64,000 nucleotides of DNA from a virus (IMGVR_UViG_2974704529_000001:1-64000); one strand, 5' to 3'. Positions 1-10,305 are shown, counted from the first letter of the stretch. Numbers and translations: made by a program. Notes: generated by a model not told the origin, from the letters alone.

Positions 1-90
1 AGCGTTTCTTCTCTCTCCGCCAATTCTGACCAGGACTAAGCGACCTAAAGTGCTCTAAAACCGCAGGTCGCACCCGATTAGGGGGACATT

Positions 91-468
91 ATGGGTGGTC
101 GCGGCGCTCCGCACTCTCGGAAGTACGGCGGGCGGGATCGTTCGACTCGGAAGGCCACGCGGGACGCTCACCAGGCGAAACCGCGTAACGCGATGGAGTA
201 TGCGCAGCAGTTGGGCGCTAAAGAGGGCTGGGACTACTCGGAAAAGCTTCTAGTTGACAGCCCTTCGGGCGCTACTCGGCATATGTACGGGACGTTCACG
301 AAGGGTGATGTGTCTATCGGCGTGCAGTACACGGATAGGCCGCGCACTAAGGGCCGTATCGCTGATGTCGCGGTCCGGCAGAACGGTACTCATACGAGCG
401 ATTATTTCGGCACTGCCAGCAAGAATAAGCGTAAAGCGATGAAGGAACTCTTTAAGAAGTACGGGTAG
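91..468 (+). CDS. hypothetical protein
   Basis: 125-aa ORF with GGGGA RBS, directly upstream of the terminase genes. Confidence 0.7.
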   Translation: MGGRGAPHSRKYGGRDRSTRKATRDAHQAKPRNAMEYAQQLGAKEGWDYSEKLLVDSPSGATRHMYGTFTKGDVSIGVQYTDRPRTKGRIADVAVRQNGTHTSDYFGTASKNKRKAMKELFKKYG

Positions 469-476
469 GGGGATTT

Positions 477-866
477 ATGCCACCACGGAAGAGGGCACCG
501 GCTAAAAGTGCTGTTCCGGCGGGTCTTATGGAGGCTGGCGAAACGTTGTGGACCAGCATTACCGCTAATAGGGAACTTGACGCCGCTAGTCGGGTGCTTC
601 TGCTCAATGCTTGTCGTATTGCGGACAGGCTAGATCAGCTTGACGACGAAATTGGTGGGCGGTTGCTTTCGTATAACCAGCGGGGCGATGAAGTGATTAA
701 CCCGCTTATCTCTGAGCATCGTCAGCAGTACACGGCGTTGGCGAACATTCTAGGCAAGATGGGGCTGGGCGAGTTGCCTAAGCCGAAGGCCGGTGAGTCG
801 AAGTGGGATGAGCTGGCGAAGAAGCGCGCGGAGCGGGCCGCTAAGGCTGCGGAGAAGGCGGGCTAG
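477..866 (+). CDS. terminase small subunit
   Basis: Position before TerL; LW..I....ELD / ACR.ADRLD / NPL..E.RQQ pattern typical of actinophage TerS. Confidence 0.7.
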   Translation: MPPRKRAPAKSAVPAGLMEAGETLWTSITANRELDAASRVLLLNACRIADRLDQLDDEIGGRLLSYNQRGDEVINPLISEHRQQYTALANILGKMGLGELPKPKAGESKWDELAKKRAERAAKAAEKAG

Positions 867-1085
867 GTGTGCCCAATAACGCTGGTTGATCCTGAGTTGG
901 AGTGGCTAGCCGCGATTCGTGAGCTGACAGCCGAGCTGGGAGAGGGCAATTTCTGCGCTCTTGATGTTGCGGAAAGGGCCGAGATTAGGCGCACCGAGTA
1001 TTTCATTCAGCTTGAGCGTGAGCTTGAGCTGATCATAGCGGAGCGCCAGCGTGCGGACTTAGAGATTGGATTTGGTGATGACTAA
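867..1085 (+). CDS. hypothetical protein
   Basis: GTG-start ORF abutting TerS; TAATG overlap with TerL. Confidence 0.55.
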   Translation: MCPITLVDPELEWLAAIRELTAELGEGNFCALDVAERAEIRRTEYFIQLERELELIIAERQRADLEIGFGDD

Positions 1086-2653
1086 TGCCTATGGCGGTCT
1101 TGGAGCCGTTATCTGAGGAGCAGGTCGACCAGGCGCGGCTTGAGGCGCAGGTACTTTCTGAGGTTGCAGACCCGTCTGAGAAGTGGCCGGAGCTTTCCGG
1201 CAATCAGAAGCCTCGTCTAAGTAACTATCCGACGTTCTTTACGTCGATGGCCGACGATGGCGTCGACTTCGTTGAGGCGTTCGGCTACAACCTGCTGCCC
1301 TGGCAAGAGGCGCTGTTCAGGCACTCTCTGGGCGAAACCATTGACGGCTTGTGGTCGGCGCGGCGCGTCGGCCTGATCGTTGTTCGGCAGCAGGGCAAGA
1401 CCGAGCTGCTTGAGGCGCGGGAGCTGTTCGGCCTGTTCGTGCTGAACGAGAAGATTTTCCATACGGCGCAGCAGGCTAAGACGGCTACGTTGTCGTGGCA
1501 GACGCTCCGGAACCGGATTGAGAACTATCCGGACCTGTCTGAGATGTGTCTACGGCCTAAGAATGGCGGCGAGGAAACGTCGATCCGCCTTAAGGCCGGT
1601 AATGGCTATCTCGATGGTGACCGGTTCGTTCGGTATATCGCTAGGTCTCCTGACTCTGGTCGTGGTTTCCGAAATATCGACTTGGTTGTGTGTGACGAGG
1701 CTTATGCCTTGTCTAACGCCGAGTGGGGTTCTCTGGGTCCAACTCAGCGCGCTAACCGTAATCCGCAGACGTGGTTTACCAGTTCGGCGGGTACCGAGGA
1801 TTCCGAAATGCTGTCGAAGCTGCGGGACGTTGGTATCGCGCAGGCTGACCCGAACCTGCTTTTTGCGGAGTGGTCGCTACCTGAGGGTTCGGACCCGACT
1901 AACCGGGAGCTGTGGCCTATTGCTCAGGCTTCGTTGGGCGCTCCGTTCTGTACGGTGCGCAACCTTGAGGCCGAGTTCATGGGAATGGACTTTGTTGAGT
2001 TCGCCCGCGAGCACATGGGTATGTGGGACGACCCCCGCGTTAACTCGGTTATCCCGATGGACAGTTGGGAAGCCTGCAAGATTGACGATCTGCCTAATGG
2101 TGAACAGCCGCAGGTGGAAGTTGAATGGACGGTCGCTTGTGTGGACGTGGCTCCGGACCGTGCGTGGGGTTCCATTGCGCTGGCCGGTAAGCGTCCGGAT
2201 GGCCGGTCTCATGTTGAGGTTCTGGTGGCCGATGAGGGCACTAACTGGATTATCCCGACGATGCAGCGGCTTATCAGTTCGAGCACGCCACCTAGGGCGG
2301 TCGCTTTGCAGGCTGGCGCGCAAGCTGGCGCGTATTACGCCGAGCTTGAGCAGATCGGCTACAAGGTCCACATGCTGACGCCTCAGGAGGTTTCAGCGGC
2401 TACGGCGAAGTTTTATGACGACGTTGTTAGCGAGAAGCTGACTCACTTGGACGACGACACCCTTGTTTCGGGTTTGGCCGGGGCTACTAAGTATCCAATC
2501 GGAAAGATTGAGCATGGTGGCTGGGGCTGGCTTCGTAAAGGGACGAACGTCGATATCACTGGCATTGTCGCGTGTTCTTACGCCAACCGGATTCTGACCC
2601 TGGAATCGGCTGAGGAATCCATGACTAAGAAGAAGCGGTACAGGATGGTGTAA
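1085..2653 (+). CDS. terminase large subunit
   Basis: Walker A-like VRQQGKT, Walker B VVCDEA, TSSAG motif III, C-terminal nuclease (CVDVAPDR ... DITG). Confidence 0.95.
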   Translation: MPMAVLEPLSEEQVDQARLEAQVLSEVADPSEKWPELSGNQKPRLSNYPTFFTSMADDGVDFVEAFGYNLLPWQEALFRHSLGETIDGLWSARRVGLIVVRQQGKTELLEARELFGLFVLNEKIFHTAQQAKTATLSWQTLRNRIENYPDLSEMCLRPKNGGEETSIRLKAGNGYLDGDRFVRYIARSPDSGRGFRNIDLVVCDEAYALSNAEWGSLGPTQRANRNPQTWFTSSAGTEDSEMLSKLRDVGIAQADPNLLFAEWSLPEGSDPTNRELWPIAQASLGAPFCTVRNLEAEFMGMDFVEFAREHMGMWDDPRVNSVIPMDSWEACKIDDLPNGEQPQVEVEWTVACVDVAPDRAWGSIALAGKRPDGRSHVEVLVADEGTNWIIPTMQRLISSSTPPRAVALQAGAQAGAYYAELEQIGYKVHMLTPQEVSAATAKFYDDVVSEKLTHLDDDTLVSGLAGATKYPIGKIEHGGWGWLRKGTNVDITGIVACSYANRILTLESAEESMTKKKRYRMV

Positions 2654-4309
2654 ATGGCTATTGAACTTCCCGAGGAAATCTCGGACGGCGACGTTCGGAA
2701 GTTCGTTGAGAATCAGTTGTGGCCGGAGTTCATTCGGCGGCGCGAGAAGCTGGACAAGATTGCTAACTGGGCGCGTGGTGAACAGCCGGATTATTTGATC
2801 CAGAATGCCAATAGGGAGAAGCGCGCGCTACTTAAGCTCGCTAAGACTCCGTGGTTGGGGCTGGTGGTCACTCATTTCACTCAGGCGTTGTTTGTGGACG
2901 GCTACCGGGCTGAGGGTTCTAAGGAGAACACTAAGGGGCCTTGGCAGACGTGGAACGCGAACAACATGCAGTCTCGTCAGATTGCGATTCACCGGGCCGC
3001 GTTGACCTATGGGTATGCGTATGCGCGCGTGCTGCCGGGTGAGGCGTGGGACGGTAAGAATCAGGCTGAGATTCGCGGTGTGTCGCCGCGTCGTCTGCTG
3101 GCTCTTTATGAGGATCAGATCAACGACGAGTACCCACGGTATGCGCTAGAGCTTGCCGCTAACGGTAAGTCGGTGCGGCTGTATACGGACGAGTTCTATT
3201 ACGAGCTTAAGATGCCGTCGCCGGGGAGTTTCCCTAACGAGCAGACGGTTAAGAAGGTCCGCCACGGTGTTGGTGTGTGTCCGTTTGTGCGGTACGTGAA
3301 CATGATGGACCTGGACGGCTTCACTATGGGTGAGGTCGAGTACCTGGTGCCGGTGGCGTCGAAGATCGACAAGACCGATTACGACCGGCTGTTGGCGCAG
3401 CATTACAACTCTTGGAAGGTCAAGGTTGCTACTGGCATTGACGACCTGTCTGAGGACGCTACGCCGGAGGAGCAGCAGCGCGCGAAGTTGATCCTGGCTC
3501 AGGACGACATTCTGATGCACGGCAATCATGAGGCGAAGTTCTACACGCTGCCGGAGACGAGCCTGGATGGCTTTATCGCGGCGCATACGCAGGACGTTGA
3601 AATCCTCGCTAACAACGCTCAGGTGCCGGTGTGGATTCTTAATGGGCAGCTTGCCAATCTTTCGGCAGATGCGCTTACAGCGGCCACTAAGGGCACGATC
3701 CAGAAGCTTTATGAGCGTCAGGTGACGTTTGGGTCGGCGCATAACCAGTTGCTTCGGCTCGCGGCGCATGTCGAGGGCGATGCTGCGGGTGCGCGTGACT
3801 TCACGGCCAGTGTGTCGTGGCAGGACACGTCGGTGCGGTCGCTGGCTCAGGCTGTGGACGCTTATGGCAAGGCAGCGACGATGCTGGGTATGCCTAAGGA
3901 GTTCCTGTGGGGTCTGATTCCGGGCATTACTAAGACGGACGTTGAGACGATGCGCGAGCACTTCAACGATGACGACGAGATGACGCAGATGCTCTTGTGG
4001 TGGACGGCTAACGGTCCTGGTGGCGAGTTCGCAGCCGAGATTGAGGTTGATACCCAGAAGCAGGTCATTGAGGCGCAGGGCGATGTCCAAAAGGCATTGC
4101 AGGATGCTCAGGCTAAGGCTCAGAAGGATTTGGCTAAGCAGAACGCGGACGCTCAGCGGAAGCAGGCTGTGGAGGTCGCTAAGGCGACTCCGGCTCAGCC
4201 TGCCGCTGGTGCGGCTCCGACTGCACGCAAGACCAGCTCTACGTCCAAGCGGACGGCTAAGAAGTCTGGCGGGGTGAGTGGTAACGACCCGTCGAGTAGG
4301 GCTGCATAA
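2654..4309 (+). CDS. portal protein with Ala/Lys/Thr-rich C-terminal extension
   Basis: Follows TerL; SPP1-gp6-like size and motifs (GVCPFVRYVN, LPETSLDGF, ANLSADAL). Confidence 0.9.
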   Translation: MAIELPEEISDGDVRKFVENQLWPEFIRRREKLDKIANWARGEQPDYLIQNANREKRALLKLAKTPWLGLVVTHFTQALFVDGYRAEGSKENTKGPWQTWNANNMQSRQIAIHRAALTYGYAYARVLPGEAWDGKNQAEIRGVSPRRLLALYEDQINDEYPRYALELAANGKSVRLYTDEFYYELKMPSPGSFPNEQTVKKVRHGVGVCPFVRYVNMMDLDGFTMGEVEYLVPVASKIDKTDYDRLLAQHYNSWKVKVATGIDDLSEDATPEEQQRAKLILAQDDILMHGNHEAKFYTLPETSLDGFIAAHTQDVEILANNAQVPVWILNGQLANLSADALTAATKGTIQKLYERQVTFGSAHNQLLRLAAHVEGDAAGARDFTASVSWQDTSVRSLAQAVDAYGKAATMLGMPKEFLWGLIPGITKTDVETMREHFNDDDEMTQMLLWWTANGPGGEFAAEIEVDTQKQVIEAQGDVQKALQDAQAKAQKDLAKQNADAQRKQAVEVAKATPAQPAAGAAPTARKTSSTSKRTAKKSGGVSGNDPSSRAA

Positions 4310-4326
4310 CTGAATAAGGGGGATGG

Positions 4327-5382
4327 GTGGCCGAGGACGACCAGGACGAAAGGGAGTACAAGGCCACTCTCCCATTGATCGCGGTTCCTGCCCTGGCCGC
4401 TTGGTATGCGACTCAGCATGTCGAGCGCCAGGAGGAAATCGCGGAGACGACTACGGCGGGCTTGGCTCTGCTGTGGCCGATCATTAACTTTGGCGATCTG
4501 GACGGGTCAACTCCGTCTTGGCTGCACGCCACCACGCTACAAATCAAAATGGGCTGGGATGAATCCAGCGAAGCGGCGTTTGAGTATGTGCAGCAGGCTT
4601 TGTTTGCGAATGAGCCAGACGCTACGCCACCTGTTAAGGCGGCGGTAAGTTTTCCCGCGCAGGAGATTCAAACTGCGATGCGGGTTCGCGGGCCGGTTCA
4701 GGTTAAGCGCCAAGTTGCGCGCGCTAAGCCTGAGTCGGAGGCGATGGAAGCCGGTAAAGCGGCCTCACAGGCAGTGGGTGCCACTAAGGCGACTGACGGC
4801 GGTCGCTCTGAGGTTTTGCAGTTCGTGCATCGAGAAGCCCCCCGGCGTTTAAAGCAGGGTGAGGCTATCGGGTACGCGCGTAAGACCGACAATAATCCGT
4901 GCTACTTCTGCGCCATTTTGGCGTCACAGGGTGCGGTTTTCTACAAAGAGGACGCTTTCAAGGTCTCGAACAGCAAGCTTCGGACGGTTAAGTGGTCCTC
5001 CAATAGTGACAAGGGCACGAGGCGCGCGTTCATCGGTGATGGACCGGCGAAGGTGCATGACAACTGTCAATGCACGATGCGACCGGTTTTCAGTGAAAAA
5101 GACAAATGGGATGAGCGCGCTAAGTATTTCCTTGATTTGTGGGAACAGTACGGCTTTGGGACGTACGTGGACGGTAAGTATTTGAGTCCTGAGGCGAATT
5201 TTCGCCGGAACTATACTCCGCCCCCACCTTACAGCGCAGATGTGCTGGATTTAAGCGAGCGCCGGAAGATTCTTGCCGACGTTCAAAGTAACCGTGAGCG
5301 CCTTCTAGCTCGCGGGTTTAAGGCGGATTCGCCAAACGTCAAGTTCATTGACGATTCGATTAAGAGACTAAGCATCGCTTAG
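4327..5382 (+). CDS. MuF-like / capsid maturation protein
   Basis: Between portal and scaffold; PCYFCAILAS and HDNCQCT motifs typical of MuF-like proteins. Confidence 0.75.
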   Translation: MAEDDQDEREYKATLPLIAVPALAAWYATQHVERQEEIAETTTAGLALLWPIINFGDLDGSTPSWLHATTLQIKMGWDESSEAAFEYVQQALFANEPDATPPVKAAVSFPAQEIQTAMRVRGPVQVKRQVARAKPESEAMEAGKAASQAVGATKATDGGRSEVLQFVHREAPRRLKQGEAIGYARKTDNNPCYFCAILASQGAVFYKEDAFKVSNSKLRTVKWSSNSDKGTRRAFIGDGPAKVHDNCQCTMRPVFSEKDKWDERAKYFLDLWEQYGFGTYVDGKYLSPEANFRRNYTPPPPYSADVLDLSERRKILADVQSNRERLLARGFKADSPNVKFIDDSIKRLSIA

Positions 5383-5432
5383 GACGCGGAACAGTCACGC
5401 GTTTTATTGACTGGCTTTTTGAGGAACTTTCT

Positions 5433-6041
5433 ATGTCTGATATTGACCCTACCGAGAATAACGATCCTGTTGAGACCGATCCTGCTGGTGGTGATGATCC
5501 TGCCGATAAGGGTAGTGAGAGCACGTTTAAGGCGATCACGTCTCAGGATGAGTTTGACAAGGCGGTTGCGCGCCGGGTGGCGCGTGAGCGGAAGAAGTAC
5601 GACGGCTTTGAGGACTTTAAGACCAAGGCTGAGCAGTTCGACAAGCTTGAGGCTGAAAAGGGTTCTGATATCGAGAAGCTGACCCGTCGTGCCGAGAAGG
5701 CCGAGGGGGAGCTAACCAAGCTGACCGAGAAGCTTAATACGGCTGAACGGAATGAGCTGGTGCGAGATATCGCGGATGAAATGGGTCTGCCTAAGAAGCT
5801 CGCTAAGCGGGTTCAGGGAGATACCGAGGAAGATATTCGCGCAGACATTGAGGATCTTCTAGAGGGCTTGCCAAAGAGCGAAAAGAAGGTCGAGAAGGAC
5901 GAGGACGGCGATAAGAAGAAGCCGCCTGCTCAGTCCCCTAAGGCTCGCATGACTTTCACGTCGACTGGCGATCAGTCAGATGACGGTTTGGAGCTTAGTG
6001 CCGACGACATTCTTAAGGATATTCCGCGCGGCAGCGCTTAA
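5433..6041 (+). CDS. capsid scaffolding protein
   Basis: Acidic coiled-coil; TSQDEFDKAVARRVARERKKY motif; directly upstream of the capsid gene. Confidence 0.85.
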   Translation: MSDIDPTENNDPVETDPAGGDDPADKGSESTFKAITSQDEFDKAVARRVARERKKYDGFEDFKTKAEQFDKLEAEKGSDIEKLTRRAEKAEGELTKLTEKLNTAERNELVRDIADEMGLPKKLAKRVQGDTEEDIRADIEDLLEGLPKSEKKVEKDEDGDKKKPPAQSPKARMTFTSTGDQSDDGLELSADDILKDIPRGSA

Positions 6042-6083
6042 TTAGCAGTCAATAACTTAATAACAAATTAATAGGAGAAACAT

Positions 6084-7232
6084 ATGGCACACATTTTCGT
6101 GAAGCCGGAACTCGTCGCTGAGATTGGCGTGAAGCAGCTACAGCGCGAGATCGTTCTACCTGGCCTGGTGTGGACTAACCCGCTGACCAATTTCGGTGGC
6201 TCTAAGAATGACACGATTACCGTGCGCGTTCCTGCCATCACCACGGCTAACCGGCGAGACCTGCGCGATACAGACCGTACGGTTGTCGCTTCTGAGCTGG
6301 TTGAGCATTCATTCGGCGTGACGCTGGATAAGCACATCTACGCCGCGCTTAAGTTCACGGACGAGCAGCGCACGTTGGATATCCGCGACTACACGTCGCA
6401 GGTGCTTGTGCCGCAGGTCTCGGCTGTTGCTTACGAGCTTGAGGATTACATCGCTGAGCTGATCGAGGGTGCTCCTTACGAGGAAACCATTCTGATTGAC
6501 CCATCTGATACGGTCCCGGCTTTTATCACGGCTGACCAGCGCATGGGTGAGGCTTTCGTGCCTACGGATGGCCGTACCCTGGTGGTCGGTTCTGCCGTGG
6601 CTGCGGCTCTGGCTAAGGATAAGCAGTTCCGTCATGCTGATTGGTCTGGCGATCAGGCTAACTCGGCTCTGCGTGAGGCTCATGTGGGCCGTCTGGCCGG
6701 TATGAACGTGATTCGTTCTCTGGCTATCGCACCGGACAAGGCTTATCTGTGGCACCGGACCGCTTTCATCCTGGCTTACCGGACGCCGGTTGTGCCGGAG
6801 GGCGCTAAGGCTGGTGCTTCGTTCTCGGCTAACAACGTGGCTCTGCGTTGGCTGGCGGACTACGACTACAGCCAGCTTGGGGACCGGACCCTGCTTGACG
6901 TGTTCACTGGCCGCAAGGTCGTGACCGAGGTCGACGGATCGTTCGTGCGCGCTGTGGAGCTACAGCTAACCGCTGCGGGTGTCTCAATCGTGGGTGGCGA
7001 CTTCGCGCTTGCGACCAAGACGGGCACGCGCCAGCTCAAGGTTCGTGACGACAACGGCACCGACGTTACGGCGCGTTGCACGTTTACGTCGGCCACTCCT
7101 GCCAAGGCCACGGTTTCGGCTTCTGGCCTGGTGACGGGTGTGGATTCGGGTACCTCGGTGATCACGGCGTCTTACGTTCCGCCTCAGGGTGGCGCGGCTA
7201 AGACGGCTACCGCTACGGTCACCGTTCCTTAG
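6084..7232 (+). CDS. major capsid protein with C-terminal Ig-like domain
   Basis: Position, strong GGAG RBS, DTITVRVP motif; C-terminal ATVSASGLVTGV Ig-like (Big_2-type) segment. Confidence 0.9.
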   Translation: MAHIFVKPELVAEIGVKQLQREIVLPGLVWTNPLTNFGGSKNDTITVRVPAITTANRRDLRDTDRTVVASELVEHSFGVTLDKHIYAALKFTDEQRTLDIRDYTSQVLVPQVSAVAYELEDYIAELIEGAPYEETILIDPSDTVPAFITADQRMGEAFVPTDGRTLVVGSAVAAALAKDKQFRHADWSGDQANSALREAHVGRLAGMNVIRSLAIAPDKAYLWHRTAFILAYRTPVVPEGAKAGASFSANNVALRWLADYDYSQLGDRTLLDVFTGRKVVTEVDGSFVRAVELQLTAAGVSIVGGDFALATKTGTRQLKVRDDNGTDVTARCTFTSATPAKATVSASGLVTGVDSGTSVITASYVPPQGGAAKTATATVTVP

Positions 7233-7243
7233 TCGAGGCTCTT

Positions 7244-7708
7244 ATGGCGGGTCTAGCGTCCGTTGAGGACTTGCAGACCCTCATGTCTCAGGTGTTTGAA
7301 GGCGATGATCTAGAGCAGGCGAGGCTTGTTCTAGACATCGTTTCTTCATGGGCGCGGGTGGTGTCGGGCCGAGCGTGGCCCGACGCCCCCACCGACGTTC
7401 CTGATGATGTGCGGGCTGTTGTGTTGCAGGCGTCCCGCCGGGAGCTTAAGAACCCTGACCGGGTTATTTCCCGGCAGATGGGTCCGTTCAACGTCCAGTA
7501 TTCCCAGCCACCGGACGGGTTCTTTTACCCGGCTGAGTTGGCGATCCTCAAGCGTTTCAAGCGCTCGGGGGGTCTACAGACGGTGAGCACTTCTCGCGGC
7601 GAGGAAGGACGGCCTTGGGCCGGTAAGACGGCCTTTATTCGATACGGGGGCAGCATGTTCCCGTTCTGTAGCGAGGACGACGGGTACGGAGACGTGGTGC
7701 CCTGGTGA
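7244..7708 (+). CDS. head-to-tail adaptor
   Basis: Follows capsid gene; ASVEDL...A..VLD..S / V.AVVLQ...R...NP / QMGPF pattern. Confidence 0.75.
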   Translation: MAGLASVEDLQTLMSQVFEGDDLEQARLVLDIVSSWARVVSGRAWPDAPTDVPDDVRAVVLQASRRELKNPDRVISRQMGPFNVQYSQPPDGFFYPAELAILKRFKRSGGLQTVSTSRGEEGRPWAGKTAFIRYGGSMFPFCSEDDGYGDVVPW

Positions 7709-8043
7709 ACGATGAGACTTTAACCGTTCGCCGGGGCGATACGGATAAGTACGGCAATCCGAACAAAGAGGTTCACGGCACCGTGAAGGGCATCTTCGCG
7801 TGGGGGCCGGGGACCAGCACCAACAAGTTTGGTCGGAAGCAAAATTTCAAGGGCGAGAGTTCAAGCCTGACTGCGGAGCTGTATGTGAAGCGGGGCGCGG
7901 ACCTTAAGGCTCGGGATCGCATCGAGCGCGCTAATGGCGAGGTTTATACCGTCGTTGGTCATTCGATGTGGGATCAGGGGCACGCCTTTGATGGGTTCGA
8001 TTTTGGCTACATGGTGTTTCAGGTGGAGGCGGTGAATGGGTAA
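7705..8043 (+). CDS. head-to-tail stopper
   Basis: Synteny and size; beta-rich TLTVRRG..DKYGN pattern. Confidence 0.65.
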   Translation: MNDETLTVRRGDTDKYGNPNKEVHGTVKGIFAWGPGTSTNKFGRKQNFKGESSSLTAELYVKRGADLKARDRIERANGEVYTVVGHSMWDQGHAFDGFDFGYMVFQVEAVNG

Positions 8044-8474
8044 TGCCTGCTGCCGGTACAACGATTGGGCACAGGCTTACTGATATTCAGATTCCGAACC
8101 CTAACCGTGGTTTGGCGCAAATTCTGATCAGTCCGAATATGGAACTTCTGATGGGCATTCTCGGCCAGGAGGTCGTGCTTGCTTATCGGGCTGGTGTTGC
8201 TAAGCGGACCGGAAAGCTTATGTCGTCTGCGAGCGCGCAAACGGTGATTGGCGGTAAGAAGAATGACCGCTGGGTTTCGCACGTCACTATCGGCGGCGAG
8301 ACGGCTGTGTCTACATGGCACAGCCCACGTAACCCTAATCCTGGTGACCTGTTCTTTTACGGCGTTCTTCATGAGCACGGCGACGGTGGCAACCCGCCTT
8401 CGGGCTGGGATTTCCCTGCGCACAAGGATTTGAAGAAGGCCCTGGCTGTCGTTAAGGCGAAGAACGGGGCTTAA
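8043..8474 (+). CDS. tail completion / neck protein (hypothetical)
   Basis: Synteny between stopper and tail terminator; KRTGKL..S motif. Confidence 0.55.
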   Translation: MPAAGTTIGHRLTDIQIPNPNRGLAQILISPNMELLMGILGQEVVLAYRAGVAKRTGKLMSSASAQTVIGGKKNDRWVSHVTIGGETAVSTWHSPRNPNPGDLFFYGVLHEHGDGGNPPSGWDFPAHKDLKKALAVVKAKNGA

Positions 8475-8483
8475 GGGGGGCTT

Positions 8484-8987
8484 ATGTCTTTGGTTCTGCC
8501 GGATTGGTACGAAGAGAGCTTCGTAAACATGGAGAACCTGTTTATCGACATTTTCACGAAACTATTGCCGGATTATGAGTCGGGGTGCTGGATGCCCGAT
8601 GACTGGCTCGACAATGCGGACCCCGACCCTACGTTGTGGTTCTTCCGGCTGCCGGGAGGCCAGGTGAACTGGGAGGCCCGCAAGGACGAGTGCCAGATGC
8701 AGGTAATGGCTGTTACTGGGTCGCGCGATGATTCGTGGCGGCTGATGAACTTTGTCCGGTCGATGCTCCTGCCTATGCAGGGGGACAAGTTCAAGATGGC
8801 TGACGGCTACACGGCGCAGATTCGCTGCGACAAAGAGGTGGCCGGGCCGCAATTGCTGACGCCGAATCAGCGGATAGATAACCGCGTTGTCACGGCGACG
8901 TTCCAGGTGTCGGTGTCGATGAAAACCGCGAAGGACTACAAGAAGTTCCTTTATGCCTTGTGGCATGGGATCACCGGTGGCCCGTAG
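8484..8987 (+). CDS. tail terminator protein
   Basis: Directly upstream of major tail; 167 aa. Confidence 0.65.
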   Translation: MSLVLPDWYEESFVNMENLFIDIFTKLLPDYESGCWMPDDWLDNADPDPTLWFFRLPGGQVNWEARKDECQMQVMAVTGSRDDSWRLMNFVRSMLLPMQGDKFKMADGYTAQIRCDKEVAGPQLLTPNQRIDNRVVTATFQVSVSMKTAKDYKKFLYALWHGITGGP

Positions 8988-9014
8988 CGAACAATTAAAT
9001 AAGGACAACTTAAT

Positions 9015-9917
9015 ATGGCTGATTTTTACACGATTAAGGACGCGCAGGCTGACCTAGCGATTGCGCCTCTTAACCTTACCGTGCTTCTGGCTCCGTATTC
9101 GGCGACCCCGGCGCTAACGCTTGAGTCTGCTGTTGATGGGTCGCTGGAAATTCCTCCTGGCTACAAGTCTGTGGGCCATTTCCAGAAGCAGGCGGGTCTT
9201 ACGCTCGGTAACGAGTTCGACTCGAAGGATATTGAGGCTTACGGCGAGCCTGAGCCGATCCGAACGATTATCAATAAGCGGACCACGACGTTCGATTTCT
9301 CGATGTACCAGAACCAGCGCAACGTGCTTGAGCTGATCTGGACGCAGGACTTCTCGGACATCGAGCCGTCTGAGTTCGGTGGCATCGTTCTGGAAGCGCC
9401 TAAGGTGCCGAAGAACATCTACTACCGGGCAATTCTGGTCGGTATGGATGACCGGGGTGACCGGGAAATCTGGATGTACTGGCTGATGCCGAAGGTGAAG
9501 CTGGATCGGCTGGATAACCAGACGCTTAATGACGACAACGTTATTGAGTACAAGCCGACGCTTAAGGCGTTCCGTGATGACACGGTGGGCTACTCCGTGG
9601 CTCAGGGCTTCGCTGGGCCGGGCTGGCGCGACATTGTGGCTACGGCTGGCTTTGGCCGGGCGCTGACCGCTCTGACGATCACGCCGAATGCTCCGTCTGT
9701 GACGGTTGCTTCTGGTGCGAGCCATACGGCGCAGCTTCTCGTTGAGGGTGACAACGGCATTAACTACACGCCGGATTGCACCTTTGAGTCGAGCGATCCG
9801 CTTAAGGCGAGCGTTTCGGCTAACGGTCTGGTGACCGGTGTTGCGGCTGGTACCGCGACGATCACGGCTAAGAAGGGCGCGCTGACGGCTACGGCCACGG
9901 TGACGGTTACTGCTTAG
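9015..9917 (+). CDS. major tail protein with C-terminal Ig-like domain
   Basis: Precedes tail chaperones; SVGHFQKQAG motif; C-terminal ASVSANGLVTGV. Confidence 0.9.
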   Translation: MADFYTIKDAQADLAIAPLNLTVLLAPYSATPALTLESAVDGSLEIPPGYKSVGHFQKQAGLTLGNEFDSKDIEAYGEPEPIRTIINKRTTTFDFSMYQNQRNVLELIWTQDFSDIEPSEFGGIVLEAPKVPKNIYYRAILVGMDDRGDREIWMYWLMPKVKLDRLDNQTLNDDNVIEYKPTLKAFRDDTVGYSVAQGFAGPGWRDIVATAGFGRALTALTITPNAPSVTVASGASHTAQLLVEGDNGINYTPDCTFESSDPLKASVSANGLVTGVAAGTATITAKKGALTATATVTVTA

Positions 9918-9937
9918 TCGCAGTTTGGGGGAATGAG

Positions 9938-9972
9938 GGGAGCGGGCTTAGGTTCGCTCCCCTCTCCCTTTG
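9938..9972 (+). terminator. putative intrinsic terminator after major tail gene
   Basis: GGGAGCGGGC-TTAG-GTTCGCTCCC hairpin followed by TCTCCCTTT. Confidence 0.55.
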
Positions 9973-10005
9973 ATGTCTGAATTACCTAAAGGGGGAAGAA
10001 AACTT

Positions 10006-10305
10006 ATGGAAGAAAACAAGGAACTGAACGATCTGGTTGGGTCTCTGTTCGCTGATCTGATTGCGTCGGTGCGTGTGCCTGAGCCTCTAGTGGTTGCGCC
10101 GGGCCTGGTGGTTAAGAACCCGACTAAGAAGCAGGCTAACGCTCTGATTAAGGCGGTGACCGAGGAGGAAGCTCAGCGCATTATCTTCGGCGAGGACTAC
10201 GACCGCGCTATGGAGCTGTTCGATCCTCAGCCTGTCCAGGTGTGGAACAAGTTCATGGCTAAGTACAACGAGCACTTTTTCGGAGATAAGGACTCGGGAA
10301 AGTAA
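10006..10305 (+). CDS. tail assembly chaperone (G-like)
   Basis: Between major tail and tape measure; ends GAC TCG GGA AAG TAA with slippery G GGA AAG. Confidence 0.85.
   Translation: MEENKELNDLVGSLFADLIASVRVPEPLVVAPGLVVKNPTKKQANALIKAVTEEEAQRIIFGEDYDRAMELFDPQPVQVWNKFMAKYNEHFFGDKDSGK

Noticed and set aside
3146-4375. Long antisense ORFs (also 12809-13873, 36874-37716, 58150-59301 and others)
   Set aside because: They lie opposite well-supported genes, have no recognisable motifs or RBS, and are expected from codon bias in GC-rich DNA.
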